A DNA stretch of 64,000 bases from Paraphysomonas bandaiensis (taxonomy: Eukaryota > Protista > Chrysophyceae): NCBI GenBank assembly GCA_965644295.1, contig CBFFRP010000002.1, positions 1-64,000 on the forward strand, read 5' to 3'. The position numbers were made by a program, and so were the translations under genes. This document shows, one piece after another, positions 35,601 through 47,426 of this stretch (its first letter is position 1; each line of letters begins with the position of its first letter). The notes beneath the pieces were generated by a model, which saw nothing but the letters and a program-made list of their open reading frames with translations, searched no databases and was not told where the DNA came from.

Positions 35601-38568
35601 GGGTGACCGAGGCGCATGATGTCGCGACGGAATCCTCTCTCGAGCATCCCCTGGGAAATGGGTCGGGGACGCGATTGGTGGTAGAGAAATTGCCTGAGGA
35701 GATGCCTTGGAGGTAGTGCCATTGGAGGCCATAGAAGACTTTGGAGGTGTCGATCCTGAAGCCATGAGAGGAGAAGACACAATCGTTCTGCGGCCCCCAA
35801 GCCGGGCAGACATGCTCTTGACTCTAGCCCGTTGGCTAGATGAAGTTGCAAGCTTAGTTTCGCCTGTGCTCCTGTTCTTTGTATCAAAATTATCAGACTT
35901 GGAGTGCTTGAGCAGGATTCGTTTTGGAGGAGACGGAGATGCGATATCTTCAATCGCTGCATTTGACGCCAAGTCACCACACGACTTAAGTCGCAACTTC
36001 GCCTCCAAGTAACCTTCCTGTACCTCCTGGAGCTCATCAAACTTCCGCAAAAGGCTTTCCTTAGCTGCAAGAAAGCTATTCTCATCGCTGCTTTTAAGGT
36101 CTCTCTCTGCAGCTGCAATTTCACTTTTCAGCTTAGCTAGACGCTTTTCATAATCCACCAGCGGAGCAACGTCGTCTCCATCTTCGCTCAAGGAAGAGGT
36201 CCTGGTTCTGGGCTGTACTCCGGACGTATCAAAGGTATTCTTGGAGGTTACCAAGGCCACGTCCATTGGGTCACTGTACTTCTCCCAGCCCTCATAGTAC
36301 CGGCGTACCTGGACCTGAATCTTTGGATGTTGCACTGCACTGGAGGGTCGCTTAGTAGGTGACGCACCTCTCCCCTGAGAATCAAGAGCCCTGCTGACAT
36401 CCTTTAAGTGTCGACCCTCCACCGCTGATCCAGCTACTGTTAGTAGCTCGTCCCCCAACATAACATCACGCATAGTGGTCAGAGGGCACCCCGGGCTGAA
36501 TCCCCTCACCAATAACCTACTCAGGTTGCTGCCATCTTTAACCTTTTCAGTCACTCGCTCCAGAACCAACATCAGGCCCATTGTAGCGGAAGACTGAAGC
36601 ATGAGGGTGACTGTCTGTTCCCGCCGACGAGCACTAGTCAGCCGGGGTCTGCCAGATTTCGCTCTGGCACTATGTGATAACGAGGGCTTTCCTGACCGCC
36701 TTGTGAAACAGGATCCAGTTGTTTGACACGAGAGGTTAGTACTATTTTCTTGATTCACCAAAACAGGTTTAGGCGTTGAGTTTGTCGACCTAGTGAGGCT
36801 TAAATTCTCGCTTCGCGTCGCACCAGACCTCTCCTACAATGAACACGTCATATATTAACATATAAGTTGAAGGCGATCAACTAATGTACCTCTAAAGAAA
36901 ACATAGACGGCTGAGTACAGACCTCATCATCTTGGACGGGAGTGGGGGCACCTCCAGAGTCATTATCATTAACAAACTCCTCGGAGAACGTTCGATCTTT
37001 AACAGTCTGAAGCTCTTCCTCCACATGCACAGGTGTCTGGTCCGGAGACGCCTCTTGTACTTCATCATTCTGCACTTGCGGGGGATCGATTGCATCACTC
37101 TGGTCGTCGTTTTCGCTACCATTCTCATCATTTGTAGGTTGATTTCCTTCACTAAGACTGCGAGACCGCACTGTCTCCGAGTCTTCACCGATGGTTTGCC
37201 CCTTTTCTCCACGCAGGCGCCTGTTCGTCTGGTTATCCTGTACTATGCGTACATGTGGGGACGAGTGCGGACGCAGTCTTTGCTGAGATTTCAACTTTCT
37301 TTCTTTATCAGGCGGGCATTGCATGGGTACTCTAGTGGATGGACTTTTACATTTTACTATAGCGCTTGCACTAAGGAGTGTCCGGAGCACTACTTCGTGG
37401 GCGTCTTCTTCGCCTTGACGCCTAGTCTGCGGAGAGAATCTCGCATAAAAGAAATCAAGAAGCACACGACATGTATGCCTATAAACTCCGGGGGAATCCA
37501 CACTCAATGAGTATGACGGCGGGGGCACTTCGCCGTATTGTATACGCAGCACTGGAAACATCTCTGCATGGCTCTCTGGGTCCCCGCCCCCCGCTTTGAA
37601 AGATACAAATGCCTGCCAAGTGCAATCTATGGCTACCTCCTCTCGCCCCACCGCGCCTAATGCCTCAACCAAATCATGAAACGGGGACAGCTCAGCTTCA
37701 ACGTCTACATCACCGGAGTTGCCACTTGACTCTTCCCCACCACTACCGGATCGCAGAAGTTCACTAACAATGAGATTATCTGATGATGCTTCAGCAGCTG
37801 CAGTTACAAGCATTACAATAAGGTGTGTGGGGTCCACATCACAGTCAACAAATGATACATTATACTCCCGGGACCTACTTATCACACAACCAACATCTTT
37901 TTGGAATTCAAACAAGAAATTCACAAGAGAATTAGGGTCTGTAGTCGAAGGAATTACAATTGGTCGCGGACTCCATTGCAATTGCCGCCATCGGCACACT
38001 GCTATCCATACCTTAAGAGAGTATTCAGCAATTTTAGAGACTATATGGGGCAGTTCAAATTTAGTTTCAGTGTTAGAACTGCATAGTGCAGTTAAAAGCT
38101 TCCTAACATAGGCAGTCCTCTTGGCTGCGAGTTTACAAACATCATTGTGTAGGCGTGCATAGTCCAAAAGAATGTGGTAAGCTTTTCGAAGAGACTGTTT
38201 TTTTCGAAATGTTTCAACGAATGCGTTTATTTCCCACATAGCCATTCCATTTTGCTTTCCTTGATCGTATATTTTTCGCACTAGATCGTCGCTTGATAGC
38301 GATGCCAACGTCGGCTGCATGCTCTTTGTGGGCATGGAGTGTACCGGTATATGCTGATGTCCGATCATACCAATAAAAGCACGTGAAAAGATATTCACAT
38401 CTTCTCCATACAGTAAACTTAAATGCGACTATACACAAAATAAACTGCCAATTAACGAGGCAGAAGGCCGCACACAACAAAGTAAAGCAGAATACTGATT
38501 ACAGTATCCAGATACGATAAGATCAGTCGATAGCGATATCTTTTAAAAGGAGATTACTGGGATACCAT
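32693..38568 (-). CDS. Large multidomain protein: PDZ-like, multiple IQ motifs, C2-like, C-terminal PH
   Basis: ORFs 36881-38398, 33525-36761, 33215-33547 and 32886-33218 can be joined by GT-AG introns. GDELLTVAG (PDZ-like), IQ-like motifs (KIQSLFRMK, KLQRIWRG), and a PH ending ARENWVRTI. The single-gene model is inferred. Confidence 0.65.
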
Positions 38569-39156
38569 TCACACGATTTCACCACATGATAACATAAAGT
38601 GGAGCCGCGTAGAGTAAACGAGTTCCCAGATCGCCGTATTCGTGAAGTGGAGTGTGTTAAGAGACGGACTGCTGTATGCTGCACTGTATCTCATAGGCTA
38701 CAGTGTATAACTGATCCACTACAATTATACAATTATGCTCTTCTGGATTCTAGATTCTGTGCAGTGGTATACCATGGTATACCGTACAGCTGTACAGTGT
38801 ATACGCTCTGGTGTCTGCTGTATGTGTACGCATGGTAGTCACAAAAAGTGTGAAGGCAGTGTGTTCTGCTGTCATGTCAGGATCTTGCTATCTGGATATC
38901 CCCCTCACCACTGCCTTATACGTACGTATTAAGGTATACGTACAGCTCTCAGAGACAGGCGTATTTCTGACAGTATCTATACATATCTAGCAATTCCTAC
39001 AGTCTTTGTGCGTATTGGTTCCTCTAGCCAATCAAATAATGAATGGCTTTGACTGTTCTAACCACCCAATATTAGCACACACTGAGAGTTGTTCTGTTCT
39101 TTGAAAGACAAGCACAATCACTTTTACATCACACAGAGAAGTATCAATTGTTCACA

Positions 39157-39881
39157 ATGGCCGGTACGAAGAAATCAAGAGAACAGGCAGGGGAAGATGC
39201 TAAGGCATCGAAGAAGCAGAAGGTCCTTAAAGTAGAGGAAGAATCGGAGGTGTGAAGCAACACCTACCATGTCATTACTAAACCCACAGTTTGTATGACT
39301 GGTCTGTGTTCATTGGAGTTTATTCTATTGTTGACTTTGATACTTAGGAATCGGAGAATGATGACGAAAATGATGCCTCCGGATCTGAAAAATCTGATGA
39401 TAGCTCCAACTCTGGTGCCGACAGTGACTCTGACAGCGAAAATGAGAAAAACGAAAAGGAGGAAGCTGAAGTAGAGGAAGAGCAAGAGGAGAATGGCGAT
39501 GAGACTCTTGAGTGCAAAGACTGCGGGGCTGAATTTGTGTTCAGTGCAGGAGAGCAAGCATTCTACCTTGAAAAGGGGTTCAACAACAAGCCTGTGCGAT
39601 GCAAGGAGTGCAAAGATGCGAAAAAGGCTCGTATGGATGGCGGCGGTGGTGGAAGAGGCGGTAGAGGATCTGGCGGAGCTGGTGTGTGCTACGCGTTTGG
39701 ACGAGGAGAATGCACTAGAGGTAGCTCCTGCCGATTCTCACATGATGGTGGCAGCAGTGGTGGTGGCCGTGGTGGTGGAAGAGGTGGTGGTAGAGGTGGA
39801 AGAGGGGGTGGTGGTGGCCAGTGCTATGCCTTTCAGAGGGGAGAATGCAACAGGGGTAATGAGTGCAGATTCTCTCACTAA
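39157..39881 (+). CDS. Acidic N-terminus + zinc-ribbon (zf-trcl-like) + two CCCH zinc fingers with RGG linkers; RNA-binding protein
   Basis: CKDCGAEFVFSAGEQAFYLEKGFNNKPVRCKECK, CYAFGRGECTRGSSCRFSH and CYAFQRGECNRGNECRFSH, with RGG tracts. One intron at ~39250-39347. Confidence 0.85.
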
Positions 39882-40549
39882 ATAGTTAGCGTTTATATTA
39901 GGCCACTTGTTACCTGGCTCTGTGACAGATCAGATAATTTTTTTCAGACAAATCAAGTAGTTTGCGTTGAAATTATTTCCACAGTTACATACCGTTGCAA
40001 TGTTTTGCTTTAATTCTTCGTGTCTTATTGTTAACATAATGACAGTTCCTTATTTATACTTTCACATATTTTCCATTGCTTTTTGAAATACGAAATACTA
40101 TATGTTATACGTAGCTGGTTGTAGTTCTCACTGTTGAGTTTTGATTGATTTTAAGCAATTACATCTGCATTTTAAGTCATTAAATTTATGACGGTTATTT
40201 GAAATATTGTTCCTGAACTAATGATGTTGAGTTATATTTTAAGGTATTTGAATGATGATCGTTATGTTCAAAAAACAGTTGTGGTTAAGCAGTATTACAT
40301 GATAATATGAATTACATGAGTGAAATGAAATATATTGAGCATTGACTATACATTATATATGACTGTCTAAGATCTGTAGAAATTATAAAATTGATTAGTT
40401 GTACAAATTACATTTTAATAATTACGTTTCTTACTGCATATGATCGTGACTTTCCAAGATAGAATGATATTGACTAGTATTAGTGACAGTATAAATTTAA
40501 TGAATGACAATGACAGTAATTTTAGTAATCATTCTACTTTCAAATTCTG

Positions 40550-41450
40550 ATACTCGAAAGCCAGAGAACATTACCTTTAGCGAGTATAGTTCAATATGGG
40601 CAAGAAGTAGGAACTGGGTCACGTTGTAAACTCTTGAAAGAAGTGAGAATCGCGACATCAATAAATTATGTACTGGGTTTTTGATTACAAACGCTGCCAG
40701 TTAGATCCACTTGGCATTATATCATCCAAAGTATTGCTTGTAGTTATAACGCTACAATATCTTAGTACGCGAAATAAAAATACGTACTCAACATTACTTT
40801 TATCAATACTACGGATAGACCAGTACTATTTTTCGTGAAATAAAACATATATCACATTTGCTACAATATATAACAAATCTAATATGTTTACTAGTTTGCC
40901 ATTAACGGCATAATAGTTATGTGAGATATATCTCATTATATTACACTTAACAAGTAATCCACAGAGTAAAGGCGTTATTCATAGTAATATCAGAACTTCT
41001 TTAAGAAGGAACATCACGAGTACATTGTCCTTGAAGAAAATTACAATATGGTAGTATATTAGAATGTATACTGTAGCGGTCTATCCTATTTTTCATTCTT
41101 GGGGTGCGACGCTTCGTTCTGCATGTTTGGGACTTACTTATCTGGGAACTACATATTTCTGAATTCAAGCATAGTGGTGCATGAATCTTTTTTGCATTGT
41201 ACGCGGCTTTTGCTTTTGCGATTACTGTGTGTCCGCTAGCCCGATGGTCTTGTGAGCCGTATACATCAGTTTGTGACCTGGTCTGAGAGTAATACCTTTC
41301 ATGAAAATTAAGCAATTCCGATGCTGTTGGCTTTGCTTCTTGTTCTGTTTCTAATATCTCAGTATAGGGAATATAATTTGGACACTCCGTCTTCGTCATC
41401 GTGAAATTGGAGAATAGTGTGAAATCTTCCATTCTGGAGCAATATTACGT
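40550..41450 (-). pseudogene. Highly degenerate LTR-retrotransposon (copia-like) remnant
   Basis: Gag-like segment with a Cys cluster (CNFLQGQCTR), followed downstream by integrase-like QVDLTG..YI.(F)IDVA. Many stops and frameshifts. Confidence 0.35.
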
Positions 41451-41930
41451 TTCTAATCTGTTCAATTAGGGATCGAGTATCGTAGAGAGTTTACAAAACT
41501 ATAGTTCAGAGAAGTTACAATCACCTGTAGTTATTATGCCAGGCGCATGAGCGACGAAGAACGTATCGTGTTGAAGTGCTGTTGTTATTATTAAGGAAGT
41601 CGCCTGTGCGTGTTCTCAACTGTCACATTTTCAGTCGGCGAATTTTGTATAGAATAAAAAACTTCTGGATTTCGGCTTTTTTATTGTGGGCGACAAAAAA
41701 CTAGGAATTTTCGATAACTGTCCCATAAATTCAACTTTCTTTGCGAAATGGCGTGTTGGCCCAAGTTGGACTCCTCTAGACATCCATGGACATCAGAATA
41801 GCAGTTCCTCTATAATGGAAGCCATTCAGAGCACTGACGTCCCACCTGAAGTCGCTGGATAGTGATATATGTCATCTGTAGCCTCGGAAGGTTGCATATA
41901 TGTCTTGATTAGGAATTCAGGTGTTTAGAG

Positions 41931-42003
41931 CAGGGCTAGGAAACAATATATTGAATTGCGATACATTGTACAATATATTGCAATATATTGTTTCCTAGCC
42001 CTG
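41931..42003. mobile_element. 73-bp minimal hAT MITE
   Basis: Perfect 23-bp TIRs CAGGGCTAGGAAACAATATATTG and an 8-bp TSD GTTTAGAG/ATTTAGAG. Confidence 0.85.
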
Positions 42004-42491
42004 ATTTAGAGAAGTACCACGACGAAGATAGTTAAAGATATGGTATAGATAGTGCTTGCATTTGGGTGGACAAATGGCACATTCAAATATTGAAACTGAC
42101 CACACATTCTATATCTTCAGAGGCAAGTTATTTTTTGGTTGGAGCGAAGGTAGCCTCATAAATATGGAATCTACGTTGTACGTGTTGCTGCAGATCATTT
42201 CGTTTTAGAGTGTTGCCGAGTTTCATCAATTGGTTTATAGTTTATAATTTCTAAGTCATATACTATATAGCCCCGTATCAACTGGCTACAAGGGTTTACG
42301 TAAAATTATGGCTTCGCCTGTGGCAGTGATCCCATCGTATATAGACTGCAGAGATTACTAGTTGTAGCTCCACCTACTGGCTATTCTAATATAATATAAA
42401 AAATACAGGTAATTCTGACAAGATGTTTCCACATGAGGTGTATGTACGAATAAATTCGTGCCAAAGCAAGAGAAAGCATTACTCATCAATA

Positions 42492-44980
42492 TTAATTATC
42501 ATTGTTCTGGCTATTTGATGGCGTAGAGTGTTCTGGCTTAGAATCTTCTACAGGCTGTTTGATATCATTTTGCACAGTATCATCGTCATCTTCTGTGCCA
42601 CCTTGTCCAAACTCATTTACTCGCGTCATGTCTACAGCATAAATCCAGCGCTGGTACAAGTATATAAAAAATATTATATCATCCCGGAAGCACGCAAGGC
42701 GGTGCATAAGGGGCATCTTGATGATAAAAGCGAATAAATCTGTAGTGACGATGAGGGCTGATGTGAGCGTGAAAAACAAGAAGATTACCATCAATGAATG
42801 TATTGAGTGACTTGTACACCATGGCCTTCCAAGGCATATGCGCAACAGACTTGAGCTTGTAGTTAATAAAAAGCTGCAGCCGCAATTAGATTCATGACAA
42901 AGTAGTATGAACGAGTACACCTGAGGCGTCATTAGAACAAACCCGAAGGCATACACAAACCCAACCAAGCTGCCGAGAAACCAGGAGTAAAAAGACTTAT
43001 GCTGCGACATATAATTAAAATGGTTAGTACTGTCAGACCAATGCACACACCGATATGTGAATGAGACTGTACGCAGAATACCCTACAACCAAGGGCACCA
43101 CAGCGTAAAGTAGGTGCGATGTAGCTATAGCGTCGTACTCGCGTGTCTTGGAGGTGGTGTAGGACTCGGACAGGCGCCACGAAAGGGAAAACGGGAGAGG
43201 CACTCCTAAAATAGAAGACACGCTGGTCATGCCCTTTGCAGGAACAACAGCTCCAGAAGTTGGGGTATTGGGAGGAGACGGTCTAGCGAAAGACACATTA
43301 AATGCCTTACCAAGCTTCCAGAACTCAATACAAAGGCCTATAACGTAGAAAGTGCAATAGATTATATTAGAAAAGACAGAACCACAGAAAAAATTAAGCA
43401 TACCAATGCCGGATGAAAACAAAATCATCCACGAGGTATCGTTGTCCATCAAGTACAAAAATATCACAGTCTGATGCAATGAGGAGACATAAGCGACAGT
43501 AGTTCAGAGATGCAAAATAGCGTACCTGGAAAAAACAATTGACTCCTAAGGACTGAACACTCATACCTGCCATTGATTTCTTTTTACGCCAAAACTGTGG
43601 GAGATGTTAATTGTAAGCAGTTTACACAGTCCTCGACTTTGGTACCTGCACGTCGTTCTTGAAGGCGAGGAAGTCAAAGACCGTGTGCAGCAGTGACACC
43701 GCAAAGGTGAGTCCAAGTAGCCAAGGGTTAGTGTCAAAAATAACCTCACGTATCATGTCTGTGTCTCGCTCTGAACCTGTGCCCATTGCCTCCTGTGCAC
43801 GCCACTGTTGCTCCATCTGAGACTGCATATGCCACCTCCAAAAGGACATATGACCGATGGACACTGCCAAAGGAAGCTCCTCTGCGTAGTTGATATTACA
43901 ACAGAAAAAAGTAGGGGTAACATACCTGTGGAGGAGTTTATTTCTATCAAACTCTTGCTCATTAGGAAAAAATCTTTATTCCAAAACATAATTAGTAACA
44001 GTGGTTTCCGTATTGTGGACCTACCATTGTGATATACTACCGGAAAATAATCTCCTTCAGAGTTAAACTGCAGGTGTTGTAGGATTGGGGCTGGAATTGC
44101 ATTGCGTCCAAACGCTTTGGGCATATCCACAACTAGTGCCACATCTAGAGTGGGAACCCAATATGGCACCATTTGTCCATCTGCTGCCATTTCCTCCTCC
44201 TTTTGGTCCGCTGCTAGCTGATCCTCCGATGGTGCATCGAGTAACTTGTACGTTTTCTTAGGTATCTTCTTTTTCCGTAGGCGCACAAGTGGAAATCGCT
44301 GGTAGGCAACGGCATCCGGATTGTACCCCATGTGATCAGCATCTACAACAGTGCACACAAAACAGGTTAATAATTACAGAAGTAACACCACAACACACCT
44401 ATTGGAGACCCATCTCTGGAAAAAAATACATGGGCATAAACTTGTCCACTGCTCAGCATGTGCTCTGACACAGAAATATTGATGTTCATCGACGGTGAGG
44501 TTATCGATGCATAATCGTAGGGTATTGCCTCTCTGTTCCACACCTAGAAGTGACATTGGTGAGTAGACGACATGTGTAACAACACAACAATACCAATTTC
44601 GACGCATCTCTCTCAGAATCAAATATATATTCTTCTGTCACATAGAGATGAAAGTCTAGTGAAATTCCTTTTTCGAAGAGACATTTGTGAGTTCCTATCC
44701 GTTTGCCATTACTATCAACTTGAGGAAATGATGGAAGCTTCGCATCAGGGCTGACGCCCATCATCATTGTTTGGAATTGGTTGGGTTTATCAACAGCCAC
44801 CCCTTCAATGCTATCAATGGATGAGTATTTCTGCACGTTGTTCGATTGTTGTGGCTGTTTAAAGTAATTCATAACTGCAGTGATGACGACATACATCAGT
44901 CCCATACGCAGGAGCTTTTGAACCATGCTACCCCCCTGCGCCTGCCGCGGCTCTCTTGGTTGAGCCTGTTGATCTGCCAT
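42492..44980 (-). CDS. CLPTM1: Cleft lip and palate transmembrane protein 1 family (lipid scramblase), multi-exon
   Basis: Diagnostic motifs DTNPWLLGLTFAVSLLHTVFDFLAFKND, FVLMTPQ|LFINYKLKSVAHMPWKAMVYKSLNTFID and MPLMHRLACFRDDIIFFIYLYQRWIYAVDMTRVNEFG. Confidence 0.93.
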
Positions 44981-45311
44981 GATGCGTGAAGACAGTTCCA
45001 ACGAATAAGCTGATGGAGTGGTATGAAGAGGCTGAGATGGATAGCTCTCACTATGACAGCCGTGCGTGTAGTACATTCACACATACTACTACATCGTATA
45101 CAGCAGTAGGACTACAGACATACATGTGCTACATTCACAGTACGTATCCGTAGCTGCCTATGACATGACGAGCAGCAGATCATAGCATGGACAGGCAGCA
45201 GATGTGCTGCGATTGTACACTCTGCTGCACCAGGAGGTCACAATCCAGTGCAGTGCACTGCAGTGATTATATCACAGCTCTCACACCACATCACAGCCAC
45301 TGCAGAGAACA

Positions 45312-46148
45312 ATGACAGTATCAGGTTTTCGAACGGCATTCTTTATAGACACTGATTCGCGTCAATTAAAGCTTCCATCGCACAGTTCCATTGCAACGTA
45401 CATGACGAAGACTCTGCTGTTGATATTAACGGTAGTTATGGTGGCATGCATACTAGAGGTTGATAATCTCTCCATTTCTTTTGACCGTAGATTTTATATA
45501 TGTGTATGTGCTCTAATTTTTTCTCTACGCGTGTGGATTCAAATGACTTTTTTCTGGACCCGAAGCATACCGTGGAAAGAAGTTATATTCGAATCCGCAG
45601 GAATAATTCCTCTATCATTTTACACGATCTCTAGTGGAGCAAGATTAGCTATTCTGGAGGAAAACGGTGTTACCTCTACTTGTGCATCTGGGTATGATGT
45701 ATTGGGAATCGCATGTGGATATAGGTCGTTACTACAAACCTTCGCTTCTTCTGTAACGGACAAAGAGCTGTTGGCATGCAGTTGTGATATGCGCGCTTAC
45801 TACTGGGTTTCTTTTTTTCTATTCATTTTTGGCACCTGGGTTAATATATGGCCAGAGTTCCAACGGTATATCTGGAAGCGAAAATCTGTCAACAACGGAC
45901 GATTATACACAGGGTCGTTGTTTTCTTATGCACGGCATATTAACTATACCGGCGAAGTACTGTCATTTATTGGATTATCGCTGCTTACGAATAATATGTT
46001 TACTCTATGGGTGCCACTGTGCATGGGTGCGGGAATGGCAACATTCAGTATATGGGAAATTGAGTTTTACCTCGAACAAAAGTACGCCAAAGAATGGATG
46101 AAGTATTGTGAAGCCACACCACATGTATTAGTCCCGGGGGTGTATTAA
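45312..46148 (+). CDS. DUF1295 / steroid-5-alpha-reductase-like (ICMT superfamily) membrane protein
   Basis: Several TM segments and the motif EFQRYIWK..NNGRLYTGSLFSYARHINYTGE. The true start may be M at 45401. Confidence 0.8.
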   Translation: MTVSGFRTAFFIDTDSRQLKLPSHSSIATYMTKTLLLILTVVMVACILEVDNLSISFDRRFYICVCALIFSLRVWIQMTFFWTRSIPWKEVIFESAGIIPLSFYTISSGARLAILEENGVTSTCASGYDVLGIACGYRSLLQTFASSVTDKELLACSCDMRAYYWVSFFLFIFGTWVNIWPEFQRYIWKRKSVNNGRLYTGSLFSYARHINYTGEVLSFIGLSLLTNNMFTLWVPLCMGAGMATFSIWEIEFYLEQKYAKEWMKYCEATPHVLVPGVY

Positions 46149-47426
46149 TAGATATAAATTTATAATGTGCCGTTCGAAATAGAATATATGTTTGAGGCTA
46201 GTTGGAGTAGTAATTGTATTTAGGTGAGATCTATCTATGTTTAAAAGGAAATATTTTCCACGTAGTCATATTAGTTGAATTACCTAGTCACACTAGTTTT
46301 GGTGTAAAAACATAGTCAACGTAATAAATGATTCGATATCTGCATTTATTAAATTCACTAAATCCAATAATAGATCTTATGTTTAAAGCTAGTTACAGTG
46401 AAAGTTGTATTCAGGAAAGAGATATCAATATTATATATGCCTAGCTTGGTTTTGAAGGAAGGTTGGACTGTGCAATCACTATCAATTATCAATTCTCCTG
46501 TATTATGGTACGGCACAAGAGAGTAGAAGTGTTTTCGCATCTCAAATTTACCTCCTTGAATACTTCTTTTATGTTGTCACAGTGTAATTTGGAAAACGTA
46601 TTGGATGTGCCGACCTAACACCTGTAATTACACAACTGTAAAGGTATCTAAATTATAGGTGCATTTAATACATAGACACAAGAATTGTATAAAACTTAAA
46701 ATTTACAGTTGTATTCAGGATCTTTTATATTAAATTATGTAAACTAAATACACTTTGGAGGTGCAACTGTTATATATTCACAGTATAGGCTTTTGTTTTC
46801 TCTAGGAGTGGAGCGTCTAGTGTATGATAAGGGCTCCAACATCGGCTCACATAACGAAATGAAATCTGTTCTCGATGACATTGACATGCGTTTCTTAAGC
46901 AATAAGCATGTAAACGTGTGTGACTAGTTTTAATTCCGAGTGCACTTGTCACCATTACAGGCAACTTGCAATCGACTTGTGATTATCCCTCCCGATATGT
47001 TAATTACACGCATGAATGCAGTGCACACTGATAACTATCACGTTACCCTAACTTGTTACCAAGATGTCGCATTCTATTCATATGCTCATGCGCATGTGAT
47101 GCATTTCCTACAGCGTGAACTCACGAGTTGTGCACAAAATAAATGTCCCAAAAACACTTTGCTTGGTACATACTGCTGTACAGAGTAATTAGATGGATCT
47201 CAAAAAATGGGTGATATTCTGCTAAAACTACACGAAACCCAACAAAAACGGAAGTTGTGTCTGAAAGCAGTCAGAAAAAACAGTGACAGAGAGACTCCAA
47301 TCAGTGGATGTGGTGAACTCGTACAGTAAAGTATAGAGCAGTGAGTACAGTACCTCACAGCATGGGACAGTCAGCCATCACTTCGAATATAAAGAGTGCC
47401 GCATACCTTACACACTAATAGAATAG

